DNA of 64,000 bases from an uncultured Spirochaetota bacterium (GTDB lineage Bacteria > Spirochaetota > Spirochaetia > SZUA-6 > Fen-1364), in contig CAVTHO010000006.1 of NCBI GenBank assembly GCA_963734545.1, positions 352,001 to 416,000 of the forward strand, in the 5' to 3' direction. How positions within the stretch are numbered: position 1 is the stretch's first letter; every line of letters begins with the position of its first letter. A program made the translations under genes and the position numbers. Below, in pieces: positions 61,236-64,000 of the stretch. The notes below the pieces were generated by a model. The model had not been told where the DNA came from and did not search any database. It worked only from the letters and a program-made list of their open reading frames with translations.

Positions 61236-61341
61236 GGTGCCGGGGATTCCGCGCCGACGTACCCGGCGGATTTTGTATCGATCATATGTAAGTCTTGTGA
61301 TAGTACTTTGATTTCAGGACGTCAATGAGGAGGAAAAGCGC

Positions 61342-62157
61342 ATGGAAGGCAGGAATGAGTTCCTTCGAAAGTACGGCCCCTGGGCCCTGGTGGCAGGCGG
61401 CTCCGAGGGTCTGGGAGCGGCTTTTTCGGAGGAGCTTGCCGGACGGGGCCTGAACCTCTTCATCCTGTCGCGGCGGCCCGGACCGTTGGAGGAAACCGCG
61501 GCCCGGCTGCGCGCGGCGCACGGCGTGCAGGTCCGCACGCTGAGTCTCGACATGGCGGATCCGGGGACGCTCGCCGCCGTGGAACGGGAAACGGCCGGGT
61601 ACGAGATCGGCCTTCTTGTCTGCAATGCGGCCATCGCCTACACGGGCCCGTTCCTCCGGCCGGAGTTCGACGAGTACCAGCGCATCCTGGACGTCAATTG
61701 CCGGTGCACCCTCGGGCTGATCCACGCGCAGGGAAGGATCATGGCGGCGCGCCACAGGGGCGGGATCGTCGTGATGTCCAGCCTGGCCGCGTTCCAGGGC
61801 TCGCCCATGGTGGCAGTCTACGGCGCGACAAAAGCATTCCTGGTCACATTGGCCGAAGCTCTTTCCGATGAGCTCAAGCCCGACGGCGTGGACGTGTGCG
61901 CGTGCTGTCCGGCGGTCGTGCTCACCCCCAATTTCCTTACCGACGGCCATGCGGCGGACGGACCCACGCCCCTGTCCCTCGAACCGGCGTACGTGGCCCG
62001 GGCAACGATCAGGGAGCTGGGCAGGAAGACCATCGTCATACCCAGCGCCATCAGCAAGCTGGCGCATTTCATGATGGGAAGACTCATGCCCCGCCGGACA
62101 ACCGTGCGGTTGCTGGGGCGCAGCACACGGGCCATGTATCGGGAGAAGGCAAAATGA
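61342..62157 (+). CDS. Short-chain dehydrogenase/reductase
   Basis: YGPWALVAGGSEGLG, CNAA, SS, YGATK. Confidence 0.92.
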   Translation: MEGRNEFLRKYGPWALVAGGSEGLGAAFSEELAGRGLNLFILSRRPGPLEETAARLRAAHGVQVRTLSLDMADPGTLAAVERETAGYEIGLLVCNAAIAYTGPFLRPEFDEYQRILDVNCRCTLGLIHAQGRIMAARHRGGIVVMSSLAAFQGSPMVAVYGATKAFLVTLAEALSDELKPDGVDVCACCPAVVLTPNFLTDGHAADGPTPLSLEPAYVARATIRELGRKTIVIPSAISKLAHFMMGRLMPRRTTVRLLGRSTRAMYREKAK

Positions 62158-63512
62158 GCAGTCTCCTTTTGAAGAATTGCTTCCACATCCAGCCGTCCGC
62201 CGCGGAGGAGGGCGTGAGCGGCGCGGATATCCTCATCGAGGGGGAAACGATCAGCAGGATCGGCCGCGGCCTCACCGCGCCCGGCGGGCCCCGCGTGATC
62301 GACTGCTCCCATCACGTCGTGGTCCCGGGCTTCGTGAACACTCATCATCACTTCTTCCAGACACTCACGCGCAACCTCCCGGGCGCCCAGAACGCGAAGC
62401 TCTTCGACTGGCTGGTCTACCTCTACGAGATCTGGAAGAACATCGACGAGGAGGCGATATACTATTCATCCCTCCTGGCCATGGGAGAGCTCCTGAAGAC
62501 CGGCTGCACCTGCTCGACGGACCACCTGTACCTCTATCCGCGGGGTGTCGGCGGCAGCTTCATGGCGCGGCAGTTCGAGGCCGCGGATACGCTGGGCATG
62601 CGCTTCTCGCCGTCCCGGGGCTCGATGTCGCTCAGCAGGAAGGACGGCGGACTGCCGCCGGACACCGTCGTGCAGGACGAGGACGAGATACTCGCCGACA
62701 GCGAACGCGTGATCGGCAGGTTCCACGACCCGGCTCCCCGCGCAATGCGGAAAGTGGTCCTCGCTCCCTGCAGCCCGTTCTCGGTGAGCGAGAGCCTGAT
62801 GCGGGAGACCGCCCGGCTTGCCCGCAGGCACGGGGTGAGGCTGCACACGCACCTCGCCGAGACGGCCGACGAGGACGCGTACTGCCTGGCCACCTACGGG
62901 GTCAGGCCTGTCGAGCTGATGGAGCGGTGCGAGTTCATCGGCCCGGACGTTTTCTACGCGCACGGCATCTTCTTCAATGATAGAGAGCTGGAAAGCCTGC
63001 GCGCGCGCGGCGCCCAGGTGGCCCACTGCCCCTCCTCCAACATGCGGCTCGGATCCGGCATCTGCCGGGTGCGCGACATGCTGGACGCCGGCATCCCGGT
63101 GTCCCTTGCCGTGGACGGCTCGGCGTCCAACGATTCCTCGGACTTCCTCGGCGAGATGCGTCACGCCCTACTTCTCCAGCGCGTGTCCCGGGGAAGCGGC
63201 GCCCTGCACGCGCGGGAGGTCCTGCAGATGGCCACGGAGACCGGCGCCGCTGTTCTCGGATTCGAGGGCATCGGCAGGATCCAGGAGGGATACGCGGCCG
63301 ACATCGCCCTGTTCAACGTGGACAGGCTGGAGTACTGCGGGAGCCTCTCAGACCCGTTTGCCGCGCTCATCTTCGCCGGCTTCGACCACGGCACCGAGTA
63401 CACGATCTGCAACGGCAGGGTCGTGGTGGACAAGGGAAGGCTCACCGGTATCCAGGAAGAGACATTGATCAGGGAGGCCAATCGGATCGCCGCGCGTCTG
63501 GCTCGCGCCTGA
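62154..63512 (+). CDS. 8-oxoguanine deaminase-like amidohydrolase (SsnA/AtzA family)
   Basis: PGFVNTHHHFFQ, DHLY, PCSPFS, HTHLAE, AHG, HCPSSN, VDGSASND. Confidence 0.9.
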   Translation: MSSLLLKNCFHIQPSAAEEGVSGADILIEGETISRIGRGLTAPGGPRVIDCSHHVVVPGFVNTHHHFFQTLTRNLPGAQNAKLFDWLVYLYEIWKNIDEEAIYYSSLLAMGELLKTGCTCSTDHLYLYPRGVGGSFMARQFEAADTLGMRFSPSRGSMSLSRKDGGLPPDTVVQDEDEILADSERVIGRFHDPAPRAMRKVVLAPCSPFSVSESLMRETARLARRHGVRLHTHLAETADEDAYCLATYGVRPVELMERCEFIGPDVFYAHGIFFNDRELESLRARGAQVAHCPSSNMRLGSGICRVRDMLDAGIPVSLAVDGSASNDSSDFLGEMRHALLLQRVSRGSGALHAREVLQMATETGAAVLGFEGIGRIQEGYAADIALFNVDRLEYCGSLSDPFAALIFAGFDHGTEYTICNGRVVVDKGRLTGIQEETLIREANRIAARLARA

Positions 63513-63539
63513 TGCGCGGGTTGTGCTACAATCGAGAGC

Positions 63540-64000
63540 ATGAAAAAGCGAATCATTCCTGTTGTCCTCGCGTGCCTTCTCTGTTCCGTGCCTCTCTTTG
63601 CTGAAGCGAAGCTCGGCTCCGTGAAGTCCTTTTCCGGCGATGTCACGATCGACGCGTTCGGCAAGGGCACGTTCATCAGGGTCATCGTGGGCGATGCGCT
63701 CTACGCATCCACCGTGCTCAAGTCAGGGCCCGATGGACGTGCCACCCTCGAGGTGCAGGGCACGAGGAAAGAGATCCCGCCGGGCGCCCGGGTGCGAATC
63801 TCGGACCTCCTCTCAGCGAGCGCGAAGAAGGGCGGGCTGGCGTGGTTCGCCGCTGTCGGAAAGCTGATCAAGTCCTTCTCCGAAGCATCGCAGGCAAAGG
63901 AAGAGGACCTTGTCATGGGCAGCAGGGCCGCGGAGGCAGCCCCCAAAGACAGAGAGACAGGCATGGAATGGGAGGGAGACACCGATGCGTCGTCGATCCT
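63540..64000 (+). CDS. Secreted FecR-like domain protein, runs off the window
   Basis: Signal peptide MKKRIIPVVLACLLCSVPLFA, FecR-like GDV..GD.L....VLKSG.DGRATL. Frame open to the window end. Confidence 0.7.
   Translation, partial: MKKRIIPVVLACLLCSVPLFAEAKLGSVKSFSGDVTIDAFGKGTFIRVIVGDALYASTVLKSGPDGRATLEVQGTRKEIPPGARVRISDLLSASAKKGGLAWFAAVGKLIKSFSEASQAKEEDLVMGSRAAEAAPKDRETGMEWEGDTDASSI

Overview
GC-rich bacterial chromosome segment, probably from a free-living Spirochaetia-like MAG (inference from gene style only). It holds about 60 genes and no rRNA, tRNA, CRISPR array, integrase or transposase that I can see. About 19 genes in 1-20.5 kb and 43.5-55.8 kb are split by single-base frameshifts, most likely long-read consensus errors. 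Main blocks: (i) a STAND/LuxR regulator, moeB/moaD and an M24 hydrolase; (ii) a GntR-led catabolic operon (5.7-19.3 kb) with HMG/CHA aldolase, Ldh2 dehydrogenase, aldehyde:ferredoxin oxidoreductase, SDR, cupin, an IolN-like ring hydrolase, a TRAP transporter, Zn-dehydrogenase, ALDH, two tandem type II dehydroquinases and a TIM-barrel protein; (iii) a toxin-antitoxin hotspot (23.6-28.5 kb) with hipBA, vapBC, phd-PIN, hicB and three decayed remnants; (iv) a purine catabolism cluster (fused XdhAB, allantoinase, HIU hydrolase, uricase, OHCU decarboxylase, allantoate amidohydrolase, ureidoglycine aminohydrolase) containing an IlvC-like protein with a rewired active site; (v) a sugar/polyol operon, GH105, an ArsR plus CoA-activase module, YgeY, a divergent AhcY-like protein and an 8-oxoguanine deaminase-like amidohydrolase. 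Best candidates for new biology: a putative O2-independent, non-aromatic quinate/shikimate ring-opening pathway in block ii, and the IlvC paralogue filling the ureidoglycolate gap in block iv. Both are inferences from gene context and chemistry, not demonstrated functions.
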